Source: a virus (Duplodnaviria; Caudoviricetes). From it: a DNA stretch of 64,000 nt. Position numbers and translations under genes: made by a program. Positions 1 through 9,311 of the stretch are shown here, piece by piece. The notes under the pieces are model-generated. The model ran no database searches, was not told the origin of the DNA, and was given only the letters and a program-made list of their open reading frames with translations. The stretch is taken from the IMG/VR virus record IMGVR_UViG_3300021387_000141, positions 1 through 64,000 of that record. The stretch is one strand, 5' to 3'. Position 1 is the stretch's first letter, and every line of letters starts with the position of its first letter.

Positions 1-67
1 CCCGACTCGATACGGTGCGGTTGATACCAATCAGGTTTATGAAAATCTGCCGGAAGAGTACAAACAG

Positions 68-1741
68 GTGGAATATATCGAAAGTAATGCCAGTCAATAT
101 ATTAATACGGGCTATTATCCGAATGCAGCTACCCGTTTTATAGGGAAAATGACATTATCATCTACGAATTTGAACCGTTCCGAATGCTTATATGGCGTGG
201 TAAATGGCTCCAACCAAAGCACGTCCTGGGAACTGGTATACAACCCGGCAACAAAAATTCTGGAAAATCGTATCGGAACTGATACTTCGCATAGTTTGAA
301 ATTAACAAATGGAACAACTGTTGCTTTTGAATCCGGCATGCTGCGTTCGGTCATCAACCAAAACACAAAAAAAGTATCGTCGAATGCACTCGGCGGAGTT
401 TCGGCATACAGCGCTTTTATATTTGCTGAAAACTCAAACGGAAGCGTGCTGAATCAGACCGCCAGCCGTTTATATTTCTTTAAAATTCTTGAAGGCGATG
501 ATTTGGTTCGGAATTTTGTTCCGTGTTACCGGGTGAGCGATTCGGTAATCGGTCTTTATGAAACGGTGGAAGATGTTTTTTATCCGAATCTCGGAACCGG
601 TAATTTTACAAAAGGCGATGATGTAAATCCTCCGGATTATGACAAAATTTCAAATGACGAGCTGTTTCTTTATGTTTATGATACAGATTTTGATCTGCTG
701 GCTATATATGATGAATATTCATCATTGATCTGGGCGGATCGTTATGATGAAGCTGGCGATTTCGAATTATTGCTGCCATACAGCAAAAAGCATCTTGATA
801 TTTTACAGCAGGATTATTTCTGTCGGATAGATCTTTCGGATCGCTGTATGATCATCGAAGAACGCTCCTTTGAACAAAGTGATGATGGTGAGATCATGCT
901 GTCTATTAAAGGCCGATCTGCGGAAACGCTTTTGGAACGCCGGATCGTGATCAAGAAAAAAGAATTCGGAGAAGATGATAAAAAAGTCAGCGTTCAGAAT
1001 TCATTAAAAACACTTCTGAATGAAAATTTGATCTCTCCGACCGACGAAAAACGTCAGATACCGAATTTTATATTTCAGGAATCCAAAGATGAAGCGATCA
1101 CAAAATTAAAATTCGAAGAAACTTTTCTCGGTGAAGATTTATATTCGATCGTTTCTGATGTTTGTACCGATAAGCAGATCGGGTTCAAAGTTGTGCTGAA
1201 TGCCAAGTTCCAATTTATATTCAGTTTGTATGTTGGAAAAGACCGCAGCTTTAATCAGGACGACAATGAATTTGTAATATTTTCACCGTATTATGACAAT
1301 TTAAAAAACAGCCGATATTTCAGCACAACACAGGACTATAAAAACCTGATGTATGTGGAAAAAGATGAATTCAATCATTTGACGATTTACAATACGGAAC
1401 AGCCGGTTGGCGTAAAACGCCGTGAAATTTATATTAATCAAAGTGAATTGAAAAAGAACAGTTCCACAACAACCACTTTGTCTGATAAATCGCTGCGTAC
1501 CCGCGGAAAAAAGAAACTATCGGTCGATCATAAGATCAAAACCGGTTTTGAAGGTGAAATCATACCGGATGTTTTATATATCTATCGAACCGATTATTTT
1601 ATCGGAGACAAAATTCAGTTTGAAGATTCTCTTGGAAATAATCAGCCGCTTTATATTTCGGAGATTGTGATCTCCCGTGATGACAGCGGATTGACAGTTA
1701 TCCCGACATTCAAAGAAATTGAAGAAAAATGGGATGAGTAA
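68..1741 (+). CDS. Minor tail/baseplate protein: N-terminal beta-sandwich (lectin-like) domain fused to Siphovirus ReqiPepy6 Gp37-like domain; probably 5'-truncated by the window edge
   Basis: Frame is open from base 2 (..LPEEYKQVEYIES..). LYVYDTDFDLLAIYDEYSSLIWADRYDEAGDFELLLP recalls Sipho_Gp37. The N-terminal domain is paralogous to that of 5763..7046. Confidence 0.75.
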   Translation: MEYIESNASQYINTGYYPNAATRFIGKMTLSSTNLNRSECLYGVVNGSNQSTSWELVYNPATKILENRIGTDTSHSLKLTNGTTVAFESGMLRSVINQNTKKVSSNALGGVSAYSAFIFAENSNGSVLNQTASRLYFFKILEGDDLVRNFVPCYRVSDSVIGLYETVEDVFYPNLGTGNFTKGDDVNPPDYDKISNDELFLYVYDTDFDLLAIYDEYSSLIWADRYDEAGDFELLLPYSKKHLDILQQDYFCRIDLSDRCMIIEERSFEQSDDGEIMLSIKGRSAETLLERRIVIKKKEFGEDDKKVSVQNSLKTLLNENLISPTDEKRQIPNFIFQESKDEAITKLKFEETFLGEDLYSIVSDVCTDKQIGFKVVLNAKFQFIFSLYVGKDRSFNQDDNEFVIFSPYYDNLKNSRYFSTTQDYKNLMYVEKDEFNHLTIYNTEQPVGVKRREIYINQSELKKNSSTTTTLSDKSLRTRGKKKLSVDHKIKTGFEGEIIPDVLYIYRTDYFIGDKIQFEDSLGNNQPLYISEIVISRDDSGLTVIPTFKEIEEKWDE

Positions 1742-1749
1742 GGAGGAAT

Positions 1750-3081
1750 ATGGGTGTAACTTATGGCTTTTACAATTCCCAAAATAATGACCGTGTGTAT
1801 GACGCGGATCAATTTTCAAGTTTTTTAGATGGGATTGTATATGACGGCGTCTATGGCGCTTATGGAAATAAATTTTATGTGACTGCAGGAACCGGTTTGG
1901 AAGTGATCGTGGATACCGGCCGGGCATGGTTTGACCATACCTGGACTTTGAATGATACTTATTTATATTTGAGTGATCTTCCGGTATCGGATGTTCAGTT
2001 TGACCGGATCGATGCGGTAATTCTGGAAGTGAATAAAGATACCCGGGAAAATCAGATCCGATATATTACCGGTACCGCTTCTGAAAATCCGGTAAGACCG
2101 ACACTTACCAAAACACAGACACTGAAACAATATGCAATCGCATATATTACCCGTCCGGTAAACAGTGAAGTGATCCTGCAGAATAATATTGAATATGTTG
2201 TTGGCAGTGCGGAAACCCCGCTTTGTTCGGCGCTTTCTCTGGCAGGTGTTCCTTCCGGCGGTACCGTTGGTCAGGTGCTGGCAAAATCATCATCTGAATC
2301 CGGTGCCGTGAACTGGTATAACGTGAACCAGCTCCCAACGGAAGACTGGCTGCATCCGACCGGAGTGACGGACAGTGATATTATTGCCGCCTTTCGTTTT
2401 AAAGGTGCCGCCAGTGAAGCGGACGCTTTGCAGAGCGTGAACAACGGAACAAAATACACGCTTTCCAAATCAGGATCGAATGTGACCTGGTCCAGTGGGA
2501 ATGGCTTTTTTATTCCGGCAGCCCAAAATGTAGGGTTGAAAAATACCGATATTCAGAAATTGACCTGGGGCACTGTCGCCATAAAATATTCCGGCGCGCA
2601 AACCGGTGATGCGCAGGTAGGCTTGATTCATAAATCATACAGCGTCGGTTTATATGCCAATTTTGATATGATGTACCGTACAGCGTTAAGTGACGGCAGC
2701 GGATACGAACCGCATGAATTGATTCGCCATTATCCGACGGTGACTTTGGATAAGGAGGCTACAGCCGCGTATTATTCGACCGCTTTTGGTCAAAATAAAA
2801 CAGAAGGGGTGCTTTCCACAAATTTCAGCGGGAGTCATAATTTATATATGAACAGCATCTCCGGGAGTTTGTCCAGTTCCGGTTCAGGATCCACCTGGTC
2901 CGATAGCTCCGGGTATGTTGCTGATTATTTATTCGGCCAGCTGAAATACACCCGCACGTGGGCTACCAGTGACTGGAGCATTGCTTTTGGTTCCGTCTAT
3001 ATTCACGCTGCAATTATATTTAACCGGGTTCTGTCTGATACAGAGACTCAGCATTTGCATTCTTTGATGATGACGATGTAA
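1750..3081 (+). CDS. Receptor-binding/minor tail protein
   Basis: N-terminus GFYNSQNNDRVYDADQFSSFLDG typical of siphovirus minor tail proteins; GGTVGQVLAK linker; Ser/Gly-rich variable C-terminus paralogous to 7633..8526. Confidence 0.7.
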   Translation: MGVTYGFYNSQNNDRVYDADQFSSFLDGIVYDGVYGAYGNKFYVTAGTGLEVIVDTGRAWFDHTWTLNDTYLYLSDLPVSDVQFDRIDAVILEVNKDTRENQIRYITGTASENPVRPTLTKTQTLKQYAIAYITRPVNSEVILQNNIEYVVGSAETPLCSALSLAGVPSGGTVGQVLAKSSSESGAVNWYNVNQLPTEDWLHPTGVTDSDIIAAFRFKGAASEADALQSVNNGTKYTLSKSGSNVTWSSGNGFFIPAAQNVGLKNTDIQKLTWGTVAIKYSGAQTGDAQVGLIHKSYSVGLYANFDMMYRTALSDGSGYEPHELIRHYPTVTLDKEATAAYYSTAFGQNKTEGVLSTNFSGSHNLYMNSISGSLSSSGSGSTWSDSSGYVADYLFGQLKYTRTWATSDWSIAFGSVYIHAAIIFNRVLSDTETQHLHSLMMTM

Positions 3082-3092
3082 AGGAGATAATT

Positions 3093-3416
3093 ATGATAGT
3101 ACATTGGTATGAAGAATCATTTGAATGCGAAAAAGCGGTGCGGAAAGATGCAGAAGTTCTTTTATATGATGCTGAGAATAATTTGCAGAATCGTATTTTT
3201 AATATCCGCTTTAATGAATGGGATCATATCTGGCTGGAAGATGGTGACTGGTCTGCGGAATCTGATATCCCGACGGAAGACGAAAAACTTCGTGCGGAAA
3301 TCGATTTTCTGACAATGATGAATGAAAGCCTGGAAGAAGAAAATACAGAAATCAAATCTCAGCTGGAAATTGATCGGGCAGATCTGGATTATTGTCTGAT
3401 GCTTCTTGAAGAATAG
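3093..3416 (+). CDS. Tail-associated small protein, paralog of 8529..8798
   Basis: RBS aaggag; shares KAVRKD and ADxDYCLMLLEE motifs with 8529..8798. Confidence 0.7.
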   Translation: MIVHWYEESFECEKAVRKDAEVLLYDAENNLQNRIFNIRFNEWDHIWLEDGDWSAESDIPTEDEKLRAEIDFLTMMNESLEEENTEIKSQLEIDRADLDYCLMLLEE

Positions 3417-3424
3417 GAGGGCAT

Positions 3425-3760
3425 ATGGGTTTTTGCGCCTCTGATACAACGATCAGAATGACGCGCGGAGACACTGCCAAATTTAATGTTACGATCCGTA
3501 ACAAAAATACCGGAGAACCTTACGAGCCTGTTGAAGGAGAGATCGTAAGGTTTTCTTTAAAAAAGTATCTGACAGATCCCGCGCCGATGTTGGTAAAAGA
3601 TATTCCGATCGATACCATGATTCTGAAGATCAAACCCGAAGACACCAAATCGTTTCCGTTCGGTGTCTATCATTACGATATGGAATTGATCCACAGAAAT
3701 GGCGATACGGATACTTTTATCGAAGACAGTATTTTTGAACTTACCAGAGAGGTTGGGTAA
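3425..3760 (+). CDS. BppU-like Ig-fold baseplate/tail protein
   Basis: IRMTRGDTAKFNV...LKIKPEDTK...GVYHYDMEL...DTFI pattern seen in BppU-type small tail proteins. Confidence 0.6.
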   Translation: MGFCASDTTIRMTRGDTAKFNVTIRNKNTGEPYEPVEGEIVRFSLKKYLTDPAPMLVKDIPIDTMILKIKPEDTKSFPFGVYHYDMELIHRNGDTDTFIEDSIFELTREVG

Positions 3761-3761
3761 T

Positions 3762-4028
3762 ATGCCGAAAGAATTAGTAGGATATATTTCAGGAGTTTCC
3801 GAACTTCATGGAGAAATTTCTCAGGTAAAAGAGCTTACCGGAACACTATCAATGCCGGAAAGAGCTGGTGATCCGTATACCGGATCTTACGAAGTCGTTC
3901 CATCGGATAATTTTCAGCTGATGCCGACGGCGGACTGCTATCTGGAAGAAGATATTCTGGTGCATCCGATCCCTTATGCGGCAGTCAGCAATGAATATGG
4001 TGGAATCACAGTCACAATTGGAGAATAA
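3762..4028 (+). CDS. Small tail protein (start adjusted to ATG 3762)
   Basis: C-terminus VHPIPYAAVSNEYGGITVTIG is similar to the C-terminus of 4031..4633. Confidence 0.65.
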   Translation: MPKELVGYISGVSELHGEISQVKELTGTLSMPERAGDPYTGSYEVVPSDNFQLMPTADCYLEEDILVHPIPYAAVSNEYGGITVTIGE

Positions 4029-4030
4029 AT

Positions 4031-4633
4031 ATGGCTGAAAAAAATGTTAATAAAATAGTTTATGCCGGCGAGACTTTGATTGATCTTACTCAGGATACCG
4101 TCGATGAAAGTAAAGTTCTTGCTCCGGCAACATTTCATAAGCCGGATGGAAGCATTGCAACAGGTACAAATACATTTGATGCTGATACCAAGGATGCTAC
4201 CGCCACTGATGCTGAAATTTTAGCGTCAAAGACCGCTTATAAGAATGGCGCTAAAGTTACGGGTACGATGCCGAACCGCGGAAAACAGACCGGTTCAATT
4301 TCAACAAAAACACAGTCGGTAATCATTCAAAATGGTTATCATGATGGTTCAGGTGCAGTGTCTATTGACAGCACAGAGCAGGCGAAAATCATTGCCGGGA
4401 ATATTAAAAACGGTGTAGAGATTCTTGGCGTCGAAGGCACCTATACCGGTTCCGAACGGATCAAAGCAACGACTGGATCAGCGACTCCGGCGAAGACTTC
4501 TCAGCAGGTCCTTCCGAGCGGAAGTGGTGATTATGATTATTTTACCCAGTTTACCGTGAATGCGATCCCATATACGGAAACCGAAAATGCCGCCGGCGGT
4601 AAGACAGTTACCATTGCCGGTTCGGCTTCTTAA
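4031..4633 (+). CDS. Tail fibre-related protein
   Basis: Thr/Gly-rich; NKIVYAGETLIDLTQDTV N-terminus shared with 4645..5760; AGNIKNGVEILGVEG tail-fibre-type motif. Confidence 0.65.
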   Translation: MAEKNVNKIVYAGETLIDLTQDTVDESKVLAPATFHKPDGSIATGTNTFDADTKDATATDAEILASKTAYKNGAKVTGTMPNRGKQTGSISTKTQSVIIQNGYHDGSGAVSIDSTEQAKIIAGNIKNGVEILGVEGTYTGSERIKATTGSATPAKTSQQVLPSGSGDYDYFTQFTVNAIPYTETENAAGGKTVTIAGSAS

Positions 4634-4644
4634 TGAGGTGACAT

Positions 4645-5760
4645 ATGACAGAGGTCAATAAAGTAATATACGGAAGTGATGTCCTTATTGACCTTACTTC
4701 TGATACGGTTACTGAAAATTCTTTGGCAGCCGGAGCTACGGCGCATGCTGCGGATGGCAGTATTATTACCGGAACCGGTTATAAAAATATTTATTATGTA
4801 AAGGGAACTCAAGTTTCTTCGACGGGAGCCTGGACCGGAAATCTTCCTGAAGTTGAAGAACTGTATGATGGATTGGCAATAGATTATTGGCTGCCGTATG
4901 CGGGAAGCGGCAATGCAACATTAACATTAACTTTGAAAAATGGGAACGATGTTACTGCAAATTGTTATATACAGTCAAGTTCCAGATTAACAACACATAT
5001 TGCTGCAAACAATATTTGTCATTTGGTTTATCAAACCGTTACAATAAGCGGAACCAATTATTCCGGATGGTGGCTTGTTAAAGCATGGGATGTCAATGAT
5101 ACTGCGTATCAATTATTCAGAGGATACACCTATTTTACAGCAGACAGTGCGGTTTATCGGTATCAGTTATTGTTTTCGGTTGATGAAGATAGATTGACAC
5201 CGATGAATAATGATAATAATGTTACTGCAATGACAAAAACAATGCTCACTAATGTTGAGTTTGATCCGTTTGGCAGTATTTATTTTTACACGACGACTAC
5301 GACTTATAATGCAAATGCTCTGATACCTGCTCAGTATTTATATTATGGACGTGGCGGAATTGATCTGCGGTATTCATTTAATTGCGATGCTGCAACCCTT
5401 ACCGCGAATAAAAATTTATATTTAAAAGTCATTATTGGCACAAATGGAATGGCAAAAATCGCAGACAGCAGCCCCTTAGTGCAAAGTCTACCGTCGACAA
5501 ATGATGGTTATTATTACATTCTTTTGGGACGAACTCAATCGACTTCTTATCAATGCTGCTTATTTACGGAGCATCCGGTTTTTTATTACGATGGAAATAA
5601 GATACTTCAATATTTTAATGATGGCTTGGATAAAAAAGTCAATATTTCAGATTGCGGTGGTATTCAAGTTCGTCCGAATTATATTATCAGCAATGTAGAT
5701 TTGGTCGATGGAGTATCCGAGTTAGAGGCTGGTCAATTATATTTTTATTATGAGGCATAA
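4645..5760 (+). CDS. Tail fibre/receptor-binding-like protein
   Basis: RBS gaggtg; N-terminal repeat shared with the preceding gene; AT-rich, Tyr/Thr-rich body. Confidence 0.6.
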   Translation: MTEVNKVIYGSDVLIDLTSDTVTENSLAAGATAHAADGSIITGTGYKNIYYVKGTQVSSTGAWTGNLPEVEELYDGLAIDYWLPYAGSGNATLTLTLKNGNDVTANCYIQSSSRLTTHIAANNICHLVYQTVTISGTNYSGWWLVKAWDVNDTAYQLFRGYTYFTADSAVYRYQLLFSVDEDRLTPMNNDNNVTAMTKTMLTNVEFDPFGSIYFYTTTTTYNANALIPAQYLYYGRGGIDLRYSFNCDAATLTANKNLYLKVIIGTNGMAKIADSSPLVQSLPSTNDGYYYILLGRTQSTSYQCCLFTEHPVFYYDGNKILQYFNDGLDKKVNISDCGGIQVRPNYIISNVDLVDGVSELEAGQLYFYYEA

Positions 5761-5762
5761 TT

Positions 5763-7046
5763 ATGGACTTTAATACTTATGCCGGGGGGCCATATGCTCA
5801 TGAAATGAATTCGATTTATTTTGGTAAATCTGAAAATTATATTTTTCCGGAACAAGTGTATCAGCAGGTAGAATATCTTGAAACCGATGGTAAAGCTTAT
5901 ATTATGACGACACATCAGCCAAGTCAGAATACTCGCACCGTCGCTGAATTTTCGGGGGTTGATACTTCTATAGAAACGGACTGTCCTCTTTTTGGTGCAA
6001 GAGATGAGGGCTCGCTTAGAAGTTATTTTTCATATAGTCATAGCGATTCACAAGGTACACGAGGATATGTAACTTCTTTTGGTACAGAATGGCATTTGTT
6101 TTCATTGAATCCAGGTAGCAATAGATTTACTATTGATAAAAATAAGAATATTTCAACATTATACTATAATTCTGAATCTGAATCATTAACCCAAACCGAT
6201 GACACATTTACTAAAACGAATCTTTATGGTGTAATTTTTGGAATTGCATATACTAATGAAACACAGTACGCACAAAGCGGCGTTCGTCTGTATTCTTATA
6301 AAACTTATAATTCAGATACTTTAGCAAGGGACTACATTCCTTGTTACCGAAAATCAGACAATAAACCTGGATTATATGATGTTGTGCATGGCGTATTTTA
6401 TATAAATGCAAATTCAGAGGGTGAATTTGTATGCGGACCAAATATTCCTAAATATATCGAAATGGGCTTAACAACACGAATTTTAAAAGGCTATATTGGT
6501 GATTCAAATAATATTGCCAGACAGATATATCAGTATCGTTTATATTTATTTCACAATGGTATTGATAACACTGCTTTAACAGGTGGCTGGACAGGAAGTT
6601 TTACTCATAAAACAAACTCTGGTAGTAATTACACGATGACCAGAATGGCGAATGATGGAACTTATCTTTCTGGAAGTTTTTCATCTTCAAACGGTAGCTC
6701 TGAAAAAGCATTATATGTTCGCTCTGTAAATGCCATTGATTTTAGCAATTATAAGAAATTATGTTGTAATCTTGAATGGTATACATCGAGAGCATCATCA
6801 AGTTTAAGTCCATCTTCATTTGGAGTATTCAATTCTTCATATACAACATGTGAAACTGAGCAATTAGCGACTCGTTTTTTAGTTCGCGAACAGCATACAG
6901 CGAGTAAAAATAGTGAATATACTCCAGTTCATTTAGAAATTGATCTATCTAATTTTACAGGTTCCGGATTTATTTTATATGACAATTATCAGCCGAATAT
7001 GAATGCCGCGATTAATGTTCGTATCAAAGAAATATGGCTGGAATAG
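5763..7046 (+). CDS. Tail protein with lectin-like beta-sandwich domain
   Basis: YQQVEYLETDG...DYIPCYRKSDNKPGLYD aligns with VEYIESN...NFVPCYRVSDSVIGLYE of 68..1741. Confidence 0.65.
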   Translation: MDFNTYAGGPYAHEMNSIYFGKSENYIFPEQVYQQVEYLETDGKAYIMTTHQPSQNTRTVAEFSGVDTSIETDCPLFGARDEGSLRSYFSYSHSDSQGTRGYVTSFGTEWHLFSLNPGSNRFTIDKNKNISTLYYNSESESLTQTDDTFTKTNLYGVIFGIAYTNETQYAQSGVRLYSYKTYNSDTLARDYIPCYRKSDNKPGLYDVVHGVFYINANSEGEFVCGPNIPKYIEMGLTTRILKGYIGDSNNIARQIYQYRLYLFHNGIDNTALTGGWTGSFTHKTNSGSNYTMTRMANDGTYLSGSFSSSNGSSEKALYVRSVNAIDFSNYKKLCCNLEWYTSRASSSLSPSSFGVFNSSYTTCETEQLATRFLVREQHTASKNSEYTPVHLEIDLSNFTGSGFILYDNYQPNMNAAINVRIKEIWLE

Positions 7047-7056
7047 GAGATTTAAC

Positions 7057-7401
7057 ATGACAAATCAGGAAAGATATTCTTACTTTGAAAGCGGTGTACT
7101 TCAGCGCACAACTGCAGTAGAGCTGCTTGACTGGGCCGGATATTGGACAACTACCGGTTTGGGTGAAATCACAGACCCGCTGCAGAAACTGCAAACACGG
7201 TCAGCGATCCGCATGATCCTGACAAATTTGGCTGCAACAAATAAACTGGTAGCACATTTGGCTATCAGTTATGATGAAATTAAAAATGCCGAATTTGGCG
7301 AAGTTACAGATGAAATCATTCATACTGTTGTTGTTTCCATCATGGCTACCAAGCTCGAATGGATCACCGGGATCAACCAGGTTCCGGATACGTCTGAATA
7401 A
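7057..7401 (+). CDS. Hypothetical tail-module protein (start at ATG 7057)
   Basis: RBS aggag upstream of 7057; intact ORF in the operon. Confidence 0.65.
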   Translation: MTNQERYSYFESGVLQRTTAVELLDWAGYWTTTGLGEITDPLQKLQTRSAIRMILTNLAATNKLVAHLAISYDEIKNAEFGEVTDEIIHTVVVSIMATKLEWITGINQVPDTSE

Positions 7402-7433
7402 TCAGTAAATTTTATATTTTATGGAGGACAACT

Positions 7434-7616
7434 ATGTCACAGATGGTAATTTCAAAAAATATTGAAAAAAATGAATACGGCGATCAGCTGATTATGGATG
7501 TTCTTGAAGGTGCCGCCGCTCCCGCGGATGGTTCTTACTATGTCATGCAGGACGGCGCCTGGATCAAACTTGAAGATGCTTTGACCACATTGGGTGTAGA
7601 AGTTCCCAATAAATAA
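7434..7616 (+). CDS. Small tail-module protein
   Basis: RBS ggagg; N-terminus ISKNIEKNEYGDQLI duplicated in 7633..8526 (ISKDIEKSEFGDKLI). Confidence 0.65.
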   Translation: MSQMVISKNIEKNEYGDQLIMDVLEGAAAPADGSYYVMQDGAWIKLEDALTTLGVEVPNK

Positions 7617-7632
7617 ATTATAGGAGAAGCTT

Positions 7633-8526
7633 ATGGGATCCTTGATCATTTCAAAAGATATTGAAAAATCAGAATTCGGAGATAAGCTGATCTTTAATGT
7701 TATTTCTTCTGACTACGATCCGGAACCCCCGGTTGGTCCTGGCGGCGAAGGGAGTCTTCCTGCCGGCGGAACGACCGGTCAGGTTCTGGCAAAAGCTTCT
7801 GATGAAGATAACGATGTCGGTTGGTATAATGCCAACAAGCTTCCGACTGACAAATGGTATCTTCCGACGGGAATTTCAGAAGATCAGGTGATTGCAGCTT
7901 ATCAATTTGTTGGACTCTCTAACGAGACCGAAGCACTTAGCAACATCAATGAGGGCACCAAGTATGTTCTTACGAAAAATGGCGAAATGTCCTGGAATGT
8001 TGATACGGGGTTCTTCCTGCCTGCTGAAAACGGGAACGGTTTTATTCAAAATGGTTTGAATGAACTGTATGGAAATGTAAAATCCGGTGCTTTTGGTTTT
8101 AGCGGCGCTTCTAATACGGCGGCATTCAATGGCGGGATCATCATGAATATCGAAAGAGTTCTGAGTGTTAATACTGTTGTTTCTGCCGGAAATTATACCG
8201 GTGATTACTTGACCGGTTATGCTGTGAGCGGTCCGCGTGGAGTTCCTTATCGAACTTCTGATGTAAGTCGTTCCGGTGTGCTTTCTGCTGATTGGAAAAC
8301 CACACCGAATCTTTATTTCGATGGAGCCAGTAAATCGCTCTCTACGATTCCTACGAATTTTGGAGAAGCCATTTCCGGCAATTCCATCACTCTCGGACAT
8401 ATTAATAAGTCCAAGAACAATAATCTTGATATTTACTTTACTGCTTTTGTTCTTTACAGCACATACTTGAGTCCGGAACAGCATTTGGAGCTGTCAAATA
8501 AAATTCATGCTTTGGGAGGAATGTAA
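7633..8526 (+). CDS. Second receptor-binding-like protein, paralog of the C-terminal half of 1750..3081
   Basis: LPAGGTTGQVLAKAS..GWYNANKLPT..W..PTG..IAAYQF aligns with 1750..3081. Confidence 0.7.
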   Translation: MGSLIISKDIEKSEFGDKLIFNVISSDYDPEPPVGPGGEGSLPAGGTTGQVLAKASDEDNDVGWYNANKLPTDKWYLPTGISEDQVIAAYQFVGLSNETEALSNINEGTKYVLTKNGEMSWNVDTGFFLPAENGNGFIQNGLNELYGNVKSGAFGFSGASNTAAFNGGIIMNIERVLSVNTVVSAGNYTGDYLTGYAVSGPRGVPYRTSDVSRSGVLSADWKTTPNLYFDGASKSLSTIPTNFGEAISGNSITLGHINKSKNNNLDIYFTAFVLYSTYLSPEQHLELSNKIHALGGM

Positions 8527-8528
8527 TT

Positions 8529-8798
8529 ATGGTAACTTTGCGTTGGTATAAAGAAACATTCGCTGCCGATAAAGCAGTCCGAAAAGATGACAGCATTATT
8601 CTTTATGATGAGAATAACCGTGAGATCCAGCGGATCGTGCATATTTCCGTAAATGACTGGAAACATATCACGCTGGATGGCACCTGGACAAATGCGCTGG
8701 ATATTCCAACCGATGAAGAACGGATCAACTCTTTGATGATGCAGAACGAGCAGCAGCAGGCAGATATCGATTACTGCTTAATGTTACTGGAGGAATAA
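8529..8798 (+). CDS. Tail-associated small protein, paralog of 3093..3416
   Basis: WYKETF..DKAVRKD...ADIDYCLMLLEE. Confidence 0.7.
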   Translation: MVTLRWYKETFAADKAVRKDDSIILYDENNREIQRIVHISVNDWKHITLDGTWTNALDIPTDEERINSLMMQNEQQQADIDYCLMLLEE

Positions 8799-8920
8799 TG
8801 CGCAAACTTTTATATTGGATTATGAAACCGTATTTCGAAGCGCTCCGCGCTGATGTTGACTATTGCCTTATGCTTGAAGGCGAAAACAATTTTCCCAAAG
8901 AAAAAAAATCCCGGAGGTAA
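8798..8920 (+). CDS. 40-aa ORF with third copy of RADxDYCLML motif (not in ORF track)
   Basis: MRKLLYWIMKPYFEALRADVDYCLMLEGENNFPKEKKSRR; TAATG overlap with previous stop; RBS ggagga. Confidence 0.6.
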   Translation: MRKLLYWIMKPYFEALRADVDYCLMLEGENNFPKEKKSRR

Positions 8921-8923
8921 ATT

Positions 8924-9061
8924 ATGGAACACAGTCCGAAATTTGCATTGGTAAAAGGTTATTATGATCGTGGACTCTGGAGTGAAGCCCGTGTCCATGT
9001 AGCTGTCGGTAAATGGATCACGCAGGAAGAATGCGACGAAATCCTCGGCGTTAATGCCTGA
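8924..9061 (+). CDS. xkdX: XkdX family protein (45 aa, not in ORF track)
   Basis: MEHSPKFALVKGYYDRGLWSEARVHVAVGKWITQEECDEILG matches the XkdX pattern YYDxGLW...V..G.WIT.EE..EI.G; RBS ggaggt. Confidence 0.8.
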   Translation: MEHSPKFALVKGYYDRGLWSEARVHVAVGKWITQEECDEILGVNA

Positions 9062-9076
9062 TCATTAATTAAATAA

Positions 9077-9309
9077 AATGTAGGAATAGTGTACTTAGAA
9101 GCCATTTATTCATACACTATTCCTACATTAATTGATATTTTACGAGGAAAAATCGAGCTTTTAGAATTAGATTAATACGATTAAAGTTGTATTAGAGATT
9201 CTATTTACGCTCAGCTGCATTGAATTATACGCTATTTTATGGTTTAAAAAGCCCTTAATTGACACTTATTCATACATCACTCATACAGAAATTGATATTC
9301 ATTCCTACA
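9077..9309. other. Putative attP region with integrase arm-type repeats
   Basis: Non-coding, directly downstream of int. 17-bp inverted repeat 9077-9093/9113-9129; repeated (T/C)TC(A/C)TACA motifs at about 9109, 9120, 9269, 9280, 9302 bracketing an AT-rich core. Confidence 0.5.
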
Positions 9310-9311
9310 AC

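Noticed and set aside
1-9061. Diversity-generating retroelement acting on tail genes
   Set aside because: No reverse transcriptase ORF and no near-identical TR/VR pair differing at adenines; the duplications are diverged protein-level paralogs.
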